The notes under the pieces are model-generated. The model saw only the letters and a list, made by a program, of their open reading frames with translations, was not told the origin of the DNA and did not search any database. The position numbers and the translations under genes are program-made. From Rickettsiales bacterium (GTDB lineage: Bacteria; Pseudomonadota; Alphaproteobacteria; Rickettsiales; SXRF01), in assembly GCA_041396965.1 (NCBI GenBank), contig JAWKXN010000001.1, positions 321,438 to 385,437 on the forward strand: a stretch of DNA of 64,000 nt, written 5' to 3'. Positions 18,726 through 28,067 of the stretch are shown here, one piece after another. Position 1 is the first letter of the stretch; each line of letters begins with the position of its first letter.

Positions 18726-20099
18726 ATGCGAATTGCCGTAATTGGAACCGGATATGTTGGTCTAGTCTCCGGTGTATGTTTTTCTGAGTTTGGCTTTCAC
18801 GTTACTTGTGTTGATAAAGATCCAGATAAAATCGCCGGATTGCAGCAGCACGTAATGCCAATTTATGAGCCGGGTCTTGAACAGCTAGTTGAGAGTAATC
18901 GTAAGGCTGGTCGCTTATTTTTTACTACGGATTTAGGGCAGGCGGTAGAGCAAGCTGATATAGTGTTTATCGCTGTTGGTACTCCGTCTAATGATAGCGA
19001 CGGCATGCCGGATTTAAGCGCGCTTAACTCAGCGGCAAGAGATGTCGCTAAACACATAAAAGATTACACTTTAGTTGTTAATAAATCTACCGTCCCAATT
19101 GGAACTAACCGTGAAATATCTCGTCTTATATCACAGGAAAATCCGAACGCTGATTTTGATGTGGCTTCCAATCCTGAATTCTTGCGTGAAGGGGTGGCGA
19201 TAGAGGATTTTATGTCACCGGACAGGATTGTGGTTGGTGTTGACTCTAAGCGGGCGCGTAATCTTATGAACAGGATTTATGAACCGATATGCTTAAATGG
19301 CGCGAAGATATTATTTACCACCTTTGAAAGCGCTGAGATGATAAAATACGCTTCAAATAGTCTGCTTGCCACTCGTATCGCTTTTATTAACGAAATGGCT
19401 GATTTATGTGAGAAAACCGGAGCTAATATTCGTGATGTTGCGCGTGGTGTCGGGCTTGATAGCAGAATAGGAGATAAATTCTTACAAGCTGGTCCGGGTT
19501 ATGGCGGTTCGTGTTTCCCTAAGGATACGCTGGCTCTTAGGCAGATGGCTGTAAATAATGGAGTTCCCAGTCGTTTGGTAGAAGCGACTATAGAAAGTAA
19601 TGAAAGCCGTAAGAAACAAATGGCGGAGAAGATTATATCAGCGGCTGTGGAGGTAAAAGACAAAACTATCGCCATACTTGGTCTGACCTTTAAGCCAAAT
19701 ACTGATGATATGCGAGAGAGCGCCAGTCTTTCAATAATACCAGCTTTAATCGGTAGTGGCGCTAAAATAAAAGCTTATGACCCGCAAGGTATGAAAGAGG
19801 CAAAACATCATCTTAAAGAATATAGTAATAGCATAACATGGTGTAATAGCTCGTATGAAGCGATGGAAGATGCCGATATGTTGGTTATTCTTACCGAGTG
19901 GAACGAGTTTCGTAGTCTTGAGTTAAAGCAGGTAAAGGAATTACTCAAAACACCTTTAGTGGTTGATTTACGCAATATCTACAAACGGCAGGATATGATG
20001 GCGCATGGCTTTAACTATATATCAGTGGGTAGACAAAAAGTGGTAACAGGTGAGCCGTGGATAGCTGACCTTAATATGGATGATGAGTTAGCTGTCTGA
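18726..20099 (+). CDS. ugd: UDP-glucose 6-dehydrogenase
   Basis: 457 aa with MRIAVIGTGYVGLVSG and GGSCFPKD. Confidence 0.93.
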   Translation: MRIAVIGTGYVGLVSGVCFSEFGFHVTCVDKDPDKIAGLQQHVMPIYEPGLEQLVESNRKAGRLFFTTDLGQAVEQADIVFIAVGTPSNDSDGMPDLSALNSAARDVAKHIKDYTLVVNKSTVPIGTNREISRLISQENPNADFDVASNPEFLREGVAIEDFMSPDRIVVGVDSKRARNLMNRIYEPICLNGAKILFTTFESAEMIKYASNSLLATRIAFINEMADLCEKTGANIRDVARGVGLDSRIGDKFLQAGPGYGGSCFPKDTLALRQMAVNNGVPSRLVEATIESNESRKKQMAEKIISAAVEVKDKTIAILGLTFKPNTDDMRESASLSIIPALIGSGAKIKAYDPQGMKEAKHHLKEYSNSITWCNSSYEAMEDADMLVILTEWNEFRSLELKQVKELLKTPLVVDLRNIYKRQDMMAHGFNYISVGRQKVVTGEPWIADLNMDDELAV

Positions 20100-20152
20100 C
20101 TGCTATTTATAAGCTTTATAAAGATTACGTTAATATATATACGGAGGAAAAT

Positions 20153-20537
20153 ATGAGCAATGATCCACTACCAAATCTTTCAAGGCTTGGGATAAAAATC
20201 CTTAATTTCTTAGGAAAAACGCCTACTCAAGAAAAATCCACTATGGAAATTAGGAGTGGCATGGAGGGGGGAAGGGGTCACTATTCCTTGTTTGCATTTA
20301 GAAATAGAGAAACTAGAGCAAATGGATTTAATAACCACACGGCAGGAGCACTCTAACAAACCAGAAAGAGGCAGAAGAGCTGAGTTAATGGTAAAAATGT
20401 CAGAACGTGGACAAAAAGTAGGTTACGAAATGGAAGTTAGGCAAGGCAATACAGATTTCGGTGATTTACAGACTGATGGGGCTAATAGATTCCAATCTAG
20501 CATAATAAGCAACAGGAGTAGTTTGCGCCAACGGTAA
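20153..20537 (+). pseudogene. winged-helix transcription regulator disrupted by a +1 frameshift in a G6 run
   Basis: ORF 20153-20356 has a good SD (GGAGGAAAATATG). It runs into the +1 frame ORF 20256-20537 at GAGGGGGGAAGGGG (G run 20266-20271). Removing one G gives a 128-aa wHTH-like protein: LSRLGIKILNFLGK...STMEIRSGMEGEGVTIPCLHLEIEKLEQMDLITTR...RGRRAELMVKMSERGQKV. Confidence 0.55.
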
Positions 20538-20544
20538 AATCATC

Positions 20545-20856
20545 TTACAGATTTAACCCATCAATTTGCCGCATTATCTGTTCAAGTTCCTCCTCAAACC
20601 TGTGGTCTGCTCCATATTCTTCCTTCATTTCTTGTATAATGTTTTCAGGAGGTATTTTACCGACCCCGTGCTTTAATATGCTCCCATAGTCGGCGAGGTC
20701 ATAATTGCCCTTTTTCTCTGCTTCTTTGAAGTTTTGGTATTTGCTAAAAGGTATAGAGGCGTAAGCCCAGTGTTCGCTACCATCCTCCAAAGTTCCTGTT
20801 ATCAGAGTAAGTATGCGTACGTTCTTATCAATCTCCTCAAATATATTCTGTTCCAT
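20545..20856 (-). CDS. hypothetical protein
   Basis: 103-aa acidic ORF, 2 nt downstream of the 329-aa ORF. No family recognised. Confidence 0.5.
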   Translation of the reverse strand: MEQNIFEEIDKNVRILTLITGTLEDGSEHWAYASIPFSKYQNFKEAEKKGNYDLADYGSILKHGVGKIPPENIIQEMKEEYGADHRFEEELEQIMRQIDGLNL

Positions 20857-20858
20857 AA

Positions 20859-21848
20859 CTATACCGCTAGCACACTACCAGAGTTTCTACGTAACGTCTC
20901 TTTGTAAGCAAAAGATTGTGGCTCTGGTCTTTGTGTGCTGCCCTTAATATCTTTATCTTCAGCCCCTTCCACGTTAAAGCCTTTTTTAGTAACGGTAGCC
21001 GCCATAAGCAGGCTAGCTGCTAAGAACAAAGCTCCACCAGTCACATATACAGGTATGGCTTCTATAAGACCGCCTATTATCATACCAGCGCTTACGGCTG
21101 ATTGCATCAGTGAGGAAGCGAATACCGGTTCATCTTTCATCCTTTGTATGAATTTCCCAGTAAAACCTTGCGCTTTACTTTGAGATTTCGCGAAATGTAG
21201 TGATTCCTCATTTTCTTTTTTGTTAGCTTTCTCTGGTTTTTTATCCTTTTCTTTGCCAAATAGCATATTCGCATATGAGATTATAGCGACAAGCCCTAAT
21301 AATAAAGGGGTGTACCCAGTTCTGCCATCTTCCATGAAGAGGCTAGCTCCGTAAAGTGTTCCAAATGTTTCCGCAATTACCGAAAATCCCGCGCTTGACT
21401 CAATAGGATAAGATTTTGGATGAGCCATTTTTTTTATATTTCCGGCTATGGAGTCGTCTTTTTTTAAATTTCCCTTATTCTGATTTGCGGTTTTTTCCTG
21501 ATTTTCTTTAGTGCCGTAAGCAATCATTATCAGCCTGCCGATTATGGCGAAAGCTGAATAAGCCATAAGTAATGGTTCTCCACTAAAGCCAAAAATGACA
21601 TCGCCTGCAAGCTTCATTGCTCCAGATATCCGTGGGGCGTTGTCACGGATTTTATCACCAAGCTCACCGCTAATACCAACAGTTTTGCTTGTGCCGTTAG
21701 CAAATACAAGGCTAGCATCATCATCCAGTAGATGTTTTGCCACGTGCATATTATCTGTAGTAGGCACAAAACCACCAGCTTCCCTTATATCACTTAAGGG
21801 AAGGTGTAGGCGCACTTTTTGTTCTAAAACCGGATTCAGACCTTCCAT
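20859..21848 (-). CDS. hypothetical membrane protein
   Basis: 329 aa with several hydrophobic segments separated by a Lys/Glu-rich loop (GKEKDKKPEKANKKENEE). No family recognised. Confidence 0.5.
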   Translation of the reverse strand: MEGLNPVLEQKVRLHLPLSDIREAGGFVPTTDNMHVAKHLLDDDASLVFANGTSKTVGISGELGDKIRDNAPRISGAMKLAGDVIFGFSGEPLLMAYSAFAIIGRLIMIAYGTKENQEKTANQNKGNLKKDDSIAGNIKKMAHPKSYPIESSAGFSVIAETFGTLYGASLFMEDGRTGYTPLLLGLVAIISYANMLFGKEKDKKPEKANKKENEESLHFAKSQSKAQGFTGKFIQRMKDEPVFASSLMQSAVSAGMIIGGLIEAIPVYVTGGALFLAASLLMAATVTKKGFNVEGAEDKDIKGSTQRPEPQSFAYKETLRRNSGSVLAV

Positions 21849-21952
21849 TATCCTATAATAATGTAACCAACTAAAAAAATATAGTTACAAAATAATGACA
21901 AATATCAGCCATTTACCGCAATAAATATACAGCTATCACAGTATGTTATATG

Positions 21953-22546
21953 TTAGGCTAAATTCTTAGCGGCGAAATCCCAGTTAACTAGCTTATCAAG
22001 GAAAGTCGCCAAATAGTCAGGGCGGCGGTTTTGATAATCAAGATAATAAGCATGTTCCCACACGTCACAGGTAAGCAGTGCCTTCTGACCGTGCGCCATT
22101 GGTAGGTCAGCGTTTGCGGTTTTAGTTACTTTAAGTGTATCGCCGTCTAGCACCAGCCATGCCCAGCCGCTACCGAATTGAGTAGCTCCCGCTTGTTTGA
22201 AAGCTTCTTTGAAAGCGTCAAAACTACCAAAATCTTTATTAATTCTTGCCGCTAAATCTCCACTTGGCTCACTACCACCATTTGGTTTCATTGAATTCCA
22301 GTAGAATGTGTGGTTCCACACCTGAGCGGCGTTATTAAAGATACCGGCTTTGCCAGCGTCACCAGCGGTTTGTTTTATTACATCCTCAAGGCTAGCTGAG
22401 GCAAGAGGAGTATCCTTTACCAGATTATTCAGGTTAGTAACATAGGCTTGATGGTGCTTATTATAGTGATAGGAAAAAGTATTAGCTGAGATGTGAGGTT
22501 CAAGGGCGTTAGGTGTGTATGGTAGTTCCGGTAATGTAAAAGTCAT
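21953..22546 (-). CDS. sodB: Fe/Mn superoxide dismutase
   Basis: 197 aa. LPELPYTPNALEPHIS..., HHQAYV and DVWEHAYYLDYQNRRPDY. Confidence 0.95.
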   Translation of the reverse strand: MTFTLPELPYTPNALEPHISANTFSYHYNKHHQAYVTNLNNLVKDTPLASASLEDVIKQTAGDAGKAGIFNNAAQVWNHTFYWNSMKPNGGSEPSGDLAARINKDFGSFDAFKEAFKQAGATQFGSGWAWLVLDGDTLKVTKTANADLPMAHGQKALLTCDVWEHAYYLDYQNRRPDYLATFLDKLVNWDFAAKNLA

Positions 22547-22612
22547 AAAATCCTCTTTTATCTTTATTGTTAAGTAGTTATATAAATCTTACTATTCATG
22601 TAGGTTATTTAG

Positions 22613-23128
22613 ATGATTTTTGCAAGTAAAGAAGAATATTCTCATTATTGCGTGCAGGTGAAAAATCAAAGGTATGATTTTTTTGTGTCACTAATGTTTA
22701 TTCCATCTCATCTGCGAGAGGTGGCGGTAGCTATATGCGCGCTAGATATTGAGCTTATGAGTATCCACTCTAACGTAAAAGAGGAGATGATGGGGCATAT
22801 ACGCTACGCTTGGTGGCAGGAGGCGATAGAGTCTATAAAAAATGGGGAAATTCGTGCGCAACCGCTAATTCAGGCTTTGGCAAGAGCGGAAATAAATGAG
22901 GATATAGTAATTCCGATTATCAACTCTTATCGGGAGAATTTTCCTGATAAACCAAGTAACTCTGATAATATATTGCGTGATACTATAAAAAAATATTTAC
23001 TTAGTAAGGCAGATAAAAAAGAAATAAAGAAATGGGAAAAATCCGTAAGCATTATAAATAAACACAACGCCAAACACGGAAATAAAAAAAACTGGCTGTT
23101 GTTGAGCAGATTGTTGTTTGTTTTTTGA
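22613..23128 (+). CDS. squalene/phytoene-synthase-family protein, short (possibly truncated)
   Basis: 171 aa. RYDFFVSLMFIPSHLREVAVAICALDIELMSI...IRYAWWQEAI resembles the N-terminal half of this family. The usual C-terminal half is missing. Confidence 0.45.
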   Translation: MIFASKEEYSHYCVQVKNQRYDFFVSLMFIPSHLREVAVAICALDIELMSIHSNVKEEMMGHIRYAWWQEAIESIKNGEIRAQPLIQALARAEINEDIVIPIINSYRENFPDKPSNSDNILRDTIKKYLLSKADKKEIKKWEKSVSIINKHNAKHGNKKNWLLLSRLLFVF

Positions 23129-23130
23129 TT

Positions 23131-24222
23131 TTATTGTCTGCTAACAAGCGCGTGGCGGAACTGTTTAAGGCGCAAAAGGAAGGCATCAAGTATCTTCTCA
23201 ACCTGTTTATATTGCGCGGAGATACTTTCCGTATCCTCATCAGGAGGTAGCAGGGCAGGGGTGGTAAAATCAGCAAAACCGGTTCCGGCATATTTGGCAA
23301 AAGATATTCCAGTGTTTTTTTCCGCTTCCATAACAGTGGTAATTAGGCAGGAAGCGACAATGCGTGGGAATAATCTAGTATACGCTATTACCTCATCAGC
23401 TTTGCTTTCCTCGCTTTTGGGAGCAGTCTGTAATTCACGCTGGACATAAGCGATAGCGTCAATATAGCGATCTAGTCCTTTTAGTAGATTCTCACTATTC
23501 TGCGCGAAAATATCAGCCCATAATTCTGAGTCGGAGGAGGTGATTCTAAGAAAAGTTTTATATATGTTATTCTGTTGAGGGTCTTCCAGTTCCCGCTTGT
23601 AAAACTCACCAAGCGGTTCTGTTACGCAAAACGCTATAAGTTGTGGCAGATGCGACATATAAGCGTAAATAAGGTCATGCGTGTCCGCTGGCATCCCCTC
23701 TAGCCTAGCGCCCATCGCGCCCCAAAAATTGGTAAGCTTGTTAAGTAATTCATCTTCTGGAGGTTGCTCTGGGGTTATTATTATTCTCCGTTGCTTAAAA
23801 AGGTCATCACGTCCACTACGTACACCAGTTCTCTCACTACCAGCTATTGGGTGAGTTGGCATAAATATCACATTCTGTGGTAGGTTATCTTCAATAGCCG
23901 AAATAGCCGGTCTTTTTACCGATGCTACGTCTATTACTATAGTTCTGTCGCTGAGGCTTGTCGCTATTTCTTTGCTTATATCAGCGAGTGTCGCTGGTGG
24001 GGTGGCGATTATTACCAATTCACTGTCACTTACGGATTCCCCAATATTATTTGCCGCTTCGTCAATAAATTTTTCTTTAATAGCGTAGGTTAAAGACAAT
24101 TCATCTTGATCATAAGCGATTATTCTTTCAGCAAGATTGTTTTTACGAACTCCACGCGCGATAGAGCTGCCGATCAAACCGAGCCCTATTATAGTTATCT
24201 GTTTGAATATTGGATTAGTCAT
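23131..24222 (-). CDS. tyrC: prephenate/arogenate (cyclohexadienyl) dehydrogenase
   Basis: 363 aa with ITIIGLGLIGSSIARG (Rossmann fold) and MPTHPIAGSERTG. Part of the chorismate mutase-hisC-tyrC cluster. Confidence 0.85.
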   Translation of the reverse strand: MTNPIFKQITIIGLGLIGSSIARGVRKNNLAERIIAYDQDELSLTYAIKEKFIDEAANNIGESVSDSELVIIATPPATLADISKEIATSLSDRTIVIDVASVKRPAISAIEDNLPQNVIFMPTHPIAGSERTGVRSGRDDLFKQRRIIITPEQPPEDELLNKLTNFWGAMGARLEGMPADTHDLIYAYMSHLPQLIAFCVTEPLGEFYKRELEDPQQNNIYKTFLRITSSDSELWADIFAQNSENLLKGLDRYIDAIAYVQRELQTAPKSEESKADEVIAYTRLFPRIVASCLITTVMEAEKNTGISFAKYAGTGFADFTTPALLPPDEDTESISAQYKQVEKILDAFLLRLKQFRHALVSRQ

Positions 24223-24419
24223 TTATATCTTCTATGTTAACTTTTAAGTCAGATACTTATAATCGTTCTGCTTTCTAAAAAATAGAAAGACTATGAAATT
24301 AGTCACCAAAAGCGACTGATTTCCGCCGCGATAGCGAGCACAATCAATTTTTAATATATCATTAAAAATTTGAAGCCACATAGCTAACATGTATCATTTA
24401 TATATGGAAGAGAAAAACG

Positions 24420-24709
24420 TTATCTTATCATTTCTGTCCCAGTTTTTATACCTATTTCCCTATTATTGCCTTCTAAAATATCACGAATTTTTTTTGGAAC
24501 ATTTTTTTGTTTATACAAACTATCTGTGTCTTTAAGTGTCATTTTCTCTGTTATTGTTTGTCTAATAGAACCATTCGTGTATTTAGTCCCTAAATCAAAA
24601 ATATACGCTGGTTGATTGCTAAGTATTTCATTAAATTTTTCTATTATTGGTTCTAGAACTTGATAATTATCACTCTTTTTTGAGCCAGTTTTTACAGTTC
24701 TAAAATTAC
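24420..24709 (-). pseudogene. 3' fragment of an orphan gene split by the IS200/IS605 element
   Basis: The minus-strand frame is open from the IS boundary to TAA at 24422..24420: ...NFRTVKTGSKKSDNYQVLEPIIEKFNEILSNQPAYIFDLGTKYTNGS...IKTGTEMIR. There is no plausible start codon near its 5' end. Confidence 0.45.
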
Positions 24710-25251
24710 GTCTGTTTATCCGCGTTCTAAGACCGCCTGCGTGAGCTGGCGGATGTAGCGCAGCTACAATCTTCCTGCTACAAATAATATATGAGTTACA
24801 GGAAACAAAATAACTGCATCTATCTATGTCACTATCACCTTGTTTTTGCGACTAAATACCGTCGTAAGATTATCAACGAAGGTGTTAGCGAATTTTTGAG
24901 GAATAGACTCTATGAAATAACGGAACATTATCCAGAAATAGATATTATGGAATATAATGATGATAAAGATCATATACATATTCTTGTGTCTATTCCTCCA
25001 AAGATGAGCGTAGGAGATGTTGTACGAATAATTAAGACGAATACAGCACGCAAAATCAAGGTAAAGTTTCCGTTTCTCAAAAAGGTGTATTGGGGTACAG
25101 ATAGTATATGGTCGGGCAGTTATTTTGTTTCTACGGTGGGGATAAATGAAAAGATTATACAGCGTTATATAGAAAAACAAGGGCAGGAAGATTGTGGCCA
25201 AGCGAAGCTTGAACTAGAGTGAAACCGCCTGCGTAAGCTGGCGGAGATTCA
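24710..25251 (+). mobile_element. IS200/IS605-family insertion sequence (tnpA only); ends approximate
   Basis: A Y1/HUH transposase gene is flanked by near-identical subterminal hairpins. These are CCGCC-T-GC-GTGA-GC-T-GGCGG (24733-24752) and CCGCC-T-GC-GTAA-GC-T-GGCGG (25225-25244). TTAC (24706-24709) precedes the left end. No terminal inverted repeats, as expected for this family. Confidence 0.8.
24791..25222 (+). CDS. tnpA: IS200/IS605 family transposase TnpA (Y1 HUH)
   Basis: 143 aa with YHLVFATKYRRK, HUH motif DHIHILVSIPP and catalytic-Tyr region GSYFVSTVGINEKIIQRYIEKQ. Confidence 0.92.
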   Translation: MSYRKQNNCIYLCHYHLVFATKYRRKIINEGVSEFLRNRLYEITEHYPEIDIMEYNDDKDHIHILVSIPPKMSVGDVVRIIKTNTARKIKVKFPFLKKVYWGTDSIWSGSYFVSTVGINEKIIQRYIEKQGQEDCGQAKLELE

Positions 25252-25777
25252 CAGGTTTTTCGAAACAAGATATAGACTTTTCTGGTACACCCTCCATTCT
25301 TAGCTCTTTTAGCGCTCTTTCACAATTTTTTCCGTTTGCCGCGTCATTTAGACGCCAGTTTACATGTGTCAACGCTTCCTCAAAATTTTTCCGTGTGTAC
25401 CCATTTAATTTCCTTATTGCTTCCTTTATTATTGGGTCTAAATCTTTTTTTAGAGACGTAACAATGTTTTTATCCACTTGGGAAATTATGTCCTTTCTCG
25501 GCATATCAATAAAATATATAGCAAAATCAGTGGTTTTATCAGAGCTATTTCTAGTCTTTTTAATTGTTATATTTTCACCTTTTATTTTATTCAATACACC
25601 ATTGATATAATCAATATTATGATCTGTGCTTATGGCGAATGTGTCAGTGCCAACACCTTCATTGTTTGTATTGTGGGAATGATATATATATCTCGTACTT
25701 TCAATTAGCAGTAAACTTCCTAGTAATTCTTTTACTGCTTGTATATGACTCTTTTGTTCTTCAGTGTTTGAAGCCAT
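25214..25777 (-). pseudogene. 5' fragment of the orphan gene split by the IS (the last ~12 codons read into the IS end)
   Basis: 187-aa ORF. Its C-terminal NLRQLTQAVSL is encoded by the IS right-end hairpin. AT-rich. No family recognised. Confidence 0.5.
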
Positions 25778-25933
25778 AATTCACTTCCTGCATTTTATTA
25801 AAAATTGGTTAATTATACAGGTTAAAAATTATTAAATCAAATTGAATAATAGGCTATATTAAAAACCAAGAATTGAAAAAAATGTTGTTTTTCAAATATA
25901 TATTTATAATATATATTATTAGAAAATAGTTAA

Positions 25934-27019
25934 TTATTTGTTTAGGAATTTTCTTAAAACATCAATGACTGCCTCATTATCCTCGCAAAGACCGACGCTT
26001 ATTCTCAGGCAGTTGGGAAACCCATAATTTGTTACCTCACGAACTATTAACCCTCTTTCCATGAGATAGGCGTTAGCGGCGGTGGCGGTGTGCCCCTTTT
26101 CAGGAAATTTCACCAATAAGAAATTACCAGCGCTTGGATATGGCTTAAGACCAAGTTCTGATATTTTCGCAAATAATTTCTCCAACTCTTGTTTGTTAAA
26201 GTCTTTGGCTTTAGCGGTAAATTCAGTATCACGCACGGCGGCGATCCCAGCCTCTATAGCAGGAGTTGAAATGTTAAAAGGACCTCTTATTCGGTTTATA
26301 ACATCTATTATATGTTCTGGCGCGAACATCCAGCCAAGACGTAGTGCGCTAAGTCCATAAATTTTTGAGAATGTTCTAAGCATTACCACATTTTCATTGT
26401 TTTTTACTAGTGTGCTGCCATCACTATAGTCATCCGCTTCCACATATTCGCAGTAAGCGTCATCAATAGCTAGAATTACATTTTTGGGAATACCAGCATG
26501 TAGACGTTTTAGTTCGGAAGTAGTTATATATGATCCAGTTGGATTGTTAGGATTAGCGATGAATATAATCTTAGTTTTTGGACTTATAGTGGCTAGTATA
26601 GCGTCAACATCGGTTCTTAGCTCTTTTTCTGTTGCCGCTATTACCTTAGCTCCAACGCTCTGCGCGTATATCTTATACATCAAAAAACCATGCTTGCTTA
26701 TTATTACCTCATCACCTTTATTCACATAAGCGTGAACTAATAATCCGATAAGTTCATCAGATCCAGCGCCACAGACAATTTTTTTCAGTGGAAGTTCATA
26801 AATATCACTGATTGCTTCTCTTAATTTATATGCGCTACCATCAGGATAGCGGTGTAAATTAGTGACGACTTCTTTATAAGCCTCTATAGCTTTAGGGCTT
26901 GCTCCAAGTGGAGTTTCGTTGGAAGATAGTTTAATGGTTTTTATCGCGGAATTAGATGTTGATTTTCCACCAACATAAGGTGCTATCTCTAAAATTCCAT
27001 GATTTGGGGTAGGACGCAT
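25934..27019 (-). CDS. hisC: histidinol-phosphate aminotransferase
   Basis: 361 aa, class II aminotransferase pattern (LSSNETPLG, NPNNPTG, TFSKIYGLSALRLGW). Confidence 0.92.
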   Translation of the reverse strand: MRPTPNHGILEIAPYVGGKSTSNSAIKTIKLSSNETPLGASPKAIEAYKEVVTNLHRYPDGSAYKLREAISDIYELPLKKIVCGAGSDELIGLLVHAYVNKGDEVIISKHGFLMYKIYAQSVGAKVIAATEKELRTDVDAILATISPKTKIIFIANPNNPTGSYITTSELKRLHAGIPKNVILAIDDAYCEYVEADDYSDGSTLVKNNENVVMLRTFSKIYGLSALRLGWMFAPEHIIDVINRIRGPFNISTPAIEAGIAAVRDTEFTAKAKDFNKQELEKLFAKISELGLKPYPSAGNFLLVKFPEKGHTATAANAYLMERGLIVREVTNYGFPNCLRISVGLCEDNEAVIDVLRKFLNK

Positions 27020-27050
27020 AATTATTTATTCTAAATTTTATATTATTAGA

Positions 27051-27974
27051 TTAATTAGTAAAATCTATTGGGGTGGCATAAGCTCCAAGAAAATAACATC
27101 TAAATAAAGCGCGACCCAAAGCGGAAAGAGCTTGCTTTAACTCTTCATGATTTTCATCAACAAAGCATCTAACTTCAATCAGATGATGACGGCTTGCTGG
27201 GTTAATAGTCGTAGTGGTAAGCCAGCGGGCGTTCAGACCTATACTACTAAATATTGTCTGCAAGCGATTTTGGCTTACATTATGCTCAGCCTCTATAACT
27301 ATTATGGATATATCATCACCAGACGGTTCAGGGATGAGTTTAGCTATGGCAAGAGCTGATGGATTATTCCTGTCTGTAGGCTGGTTATTTACAAATGGTA
27401 TATGAGCGAATATTTTGGGAGAGTTTTCTCCTTGTTGTAGCAGTAATACCCACCAGTTATCATCATCACTTATATTATCCATATTTGGAACTATACCAAC
27501 CGACGCTTTATCCTCAATCACATCACTTATAACACGTTTTACATATGGCTGTTTTATAATTGGTATATTGGGACCAAAATATTCTCTTGCCAGCCAGTAT
27601 AGCTTACTTTCTTTTTCATCAGAGAATATAGAAGTGGTAAGTTTAGACTCAACGTTAGTGGAAGCGCCAATAATTATACGCCATATAGCGGCCGCTGAAG
27701 CCGCTGGAAAATCACTTTCGGCGAATCTTTCCGTTATATCTCTTATCATTTCAGCTTCCCTACCGGGACGGATAGGGCAGGGTATATTGGTCTTACTATA
27801 TTTTAGGCTTCCAACCTGCTTTACTATACCTATACGCTTTTTAAGCTGGCTTATTATGACATTATCAATTTCATCTATTTGCTTGCGAAATATCGCTAAT
27901 TCTTTTTCAATGTTATCTACTTCAACATTGGTATCCTCTACTGTAGAGGCTTCTGATATATCATCCATAGCCAT
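27051..27974 (-). CDS. chorismate mutase family protein (CM domain plus a prephenate-dehydratase-like domain)
   Basis: 307 aa. The N-terminal CM_2 helix pattern is LAIFRKQIDEIDNVIISQLKKRIGIVKQVGSLK. The remainder resembles a PDT/ACT arrangement. It lies upstream of hisC-tyrC. Confidence 0.7.
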   Translation of the reverse strand: MAMDDISEASTVEDTNVEVDNIEKELAIFRKQIDEIDNVIISQLKKRIGIVKQVGSLKYSKTNIPCPIRPGREAEMIRDITERFAESDFPAASAAAIWRIIIGASTNVESKLTTSIFSDEKESKLYWLAREYFGPNIPIIKQPYVKRVISDVIEDKASVGIVPNMDNISDDDNWWVLLLQQGENSPKIFAHIPFVNNQPTDRNNPSALAIAKLIPEPSGDDISIIVIEAEHNVSQNRLQTIFSSIGLNARWLTTTTINPASRHHLIEVRCFVDENHEELKQALSALGRALFRCYFLGAYATPIDFTN

Positions 27975-28067
27975 TCATATTATTAAAATTGTTAGACAAA
28001 CTAAGCTATAAGAGATAATTCAGCTAAGTCAACCTGTAAAAGTAACATATTTTACCATATGGGTAAG

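Noticed and set aside
27415-28011. 198-aa plus-strand ORF, and the similar 189-aa minus-strand ORF at 63377-63946
   Set aside because: Both lie fully antisense to the chorismate mutase gene and to etfB respectively. The sense genes carry clear family motifs, and the long antisense frames are a compositional artefact.
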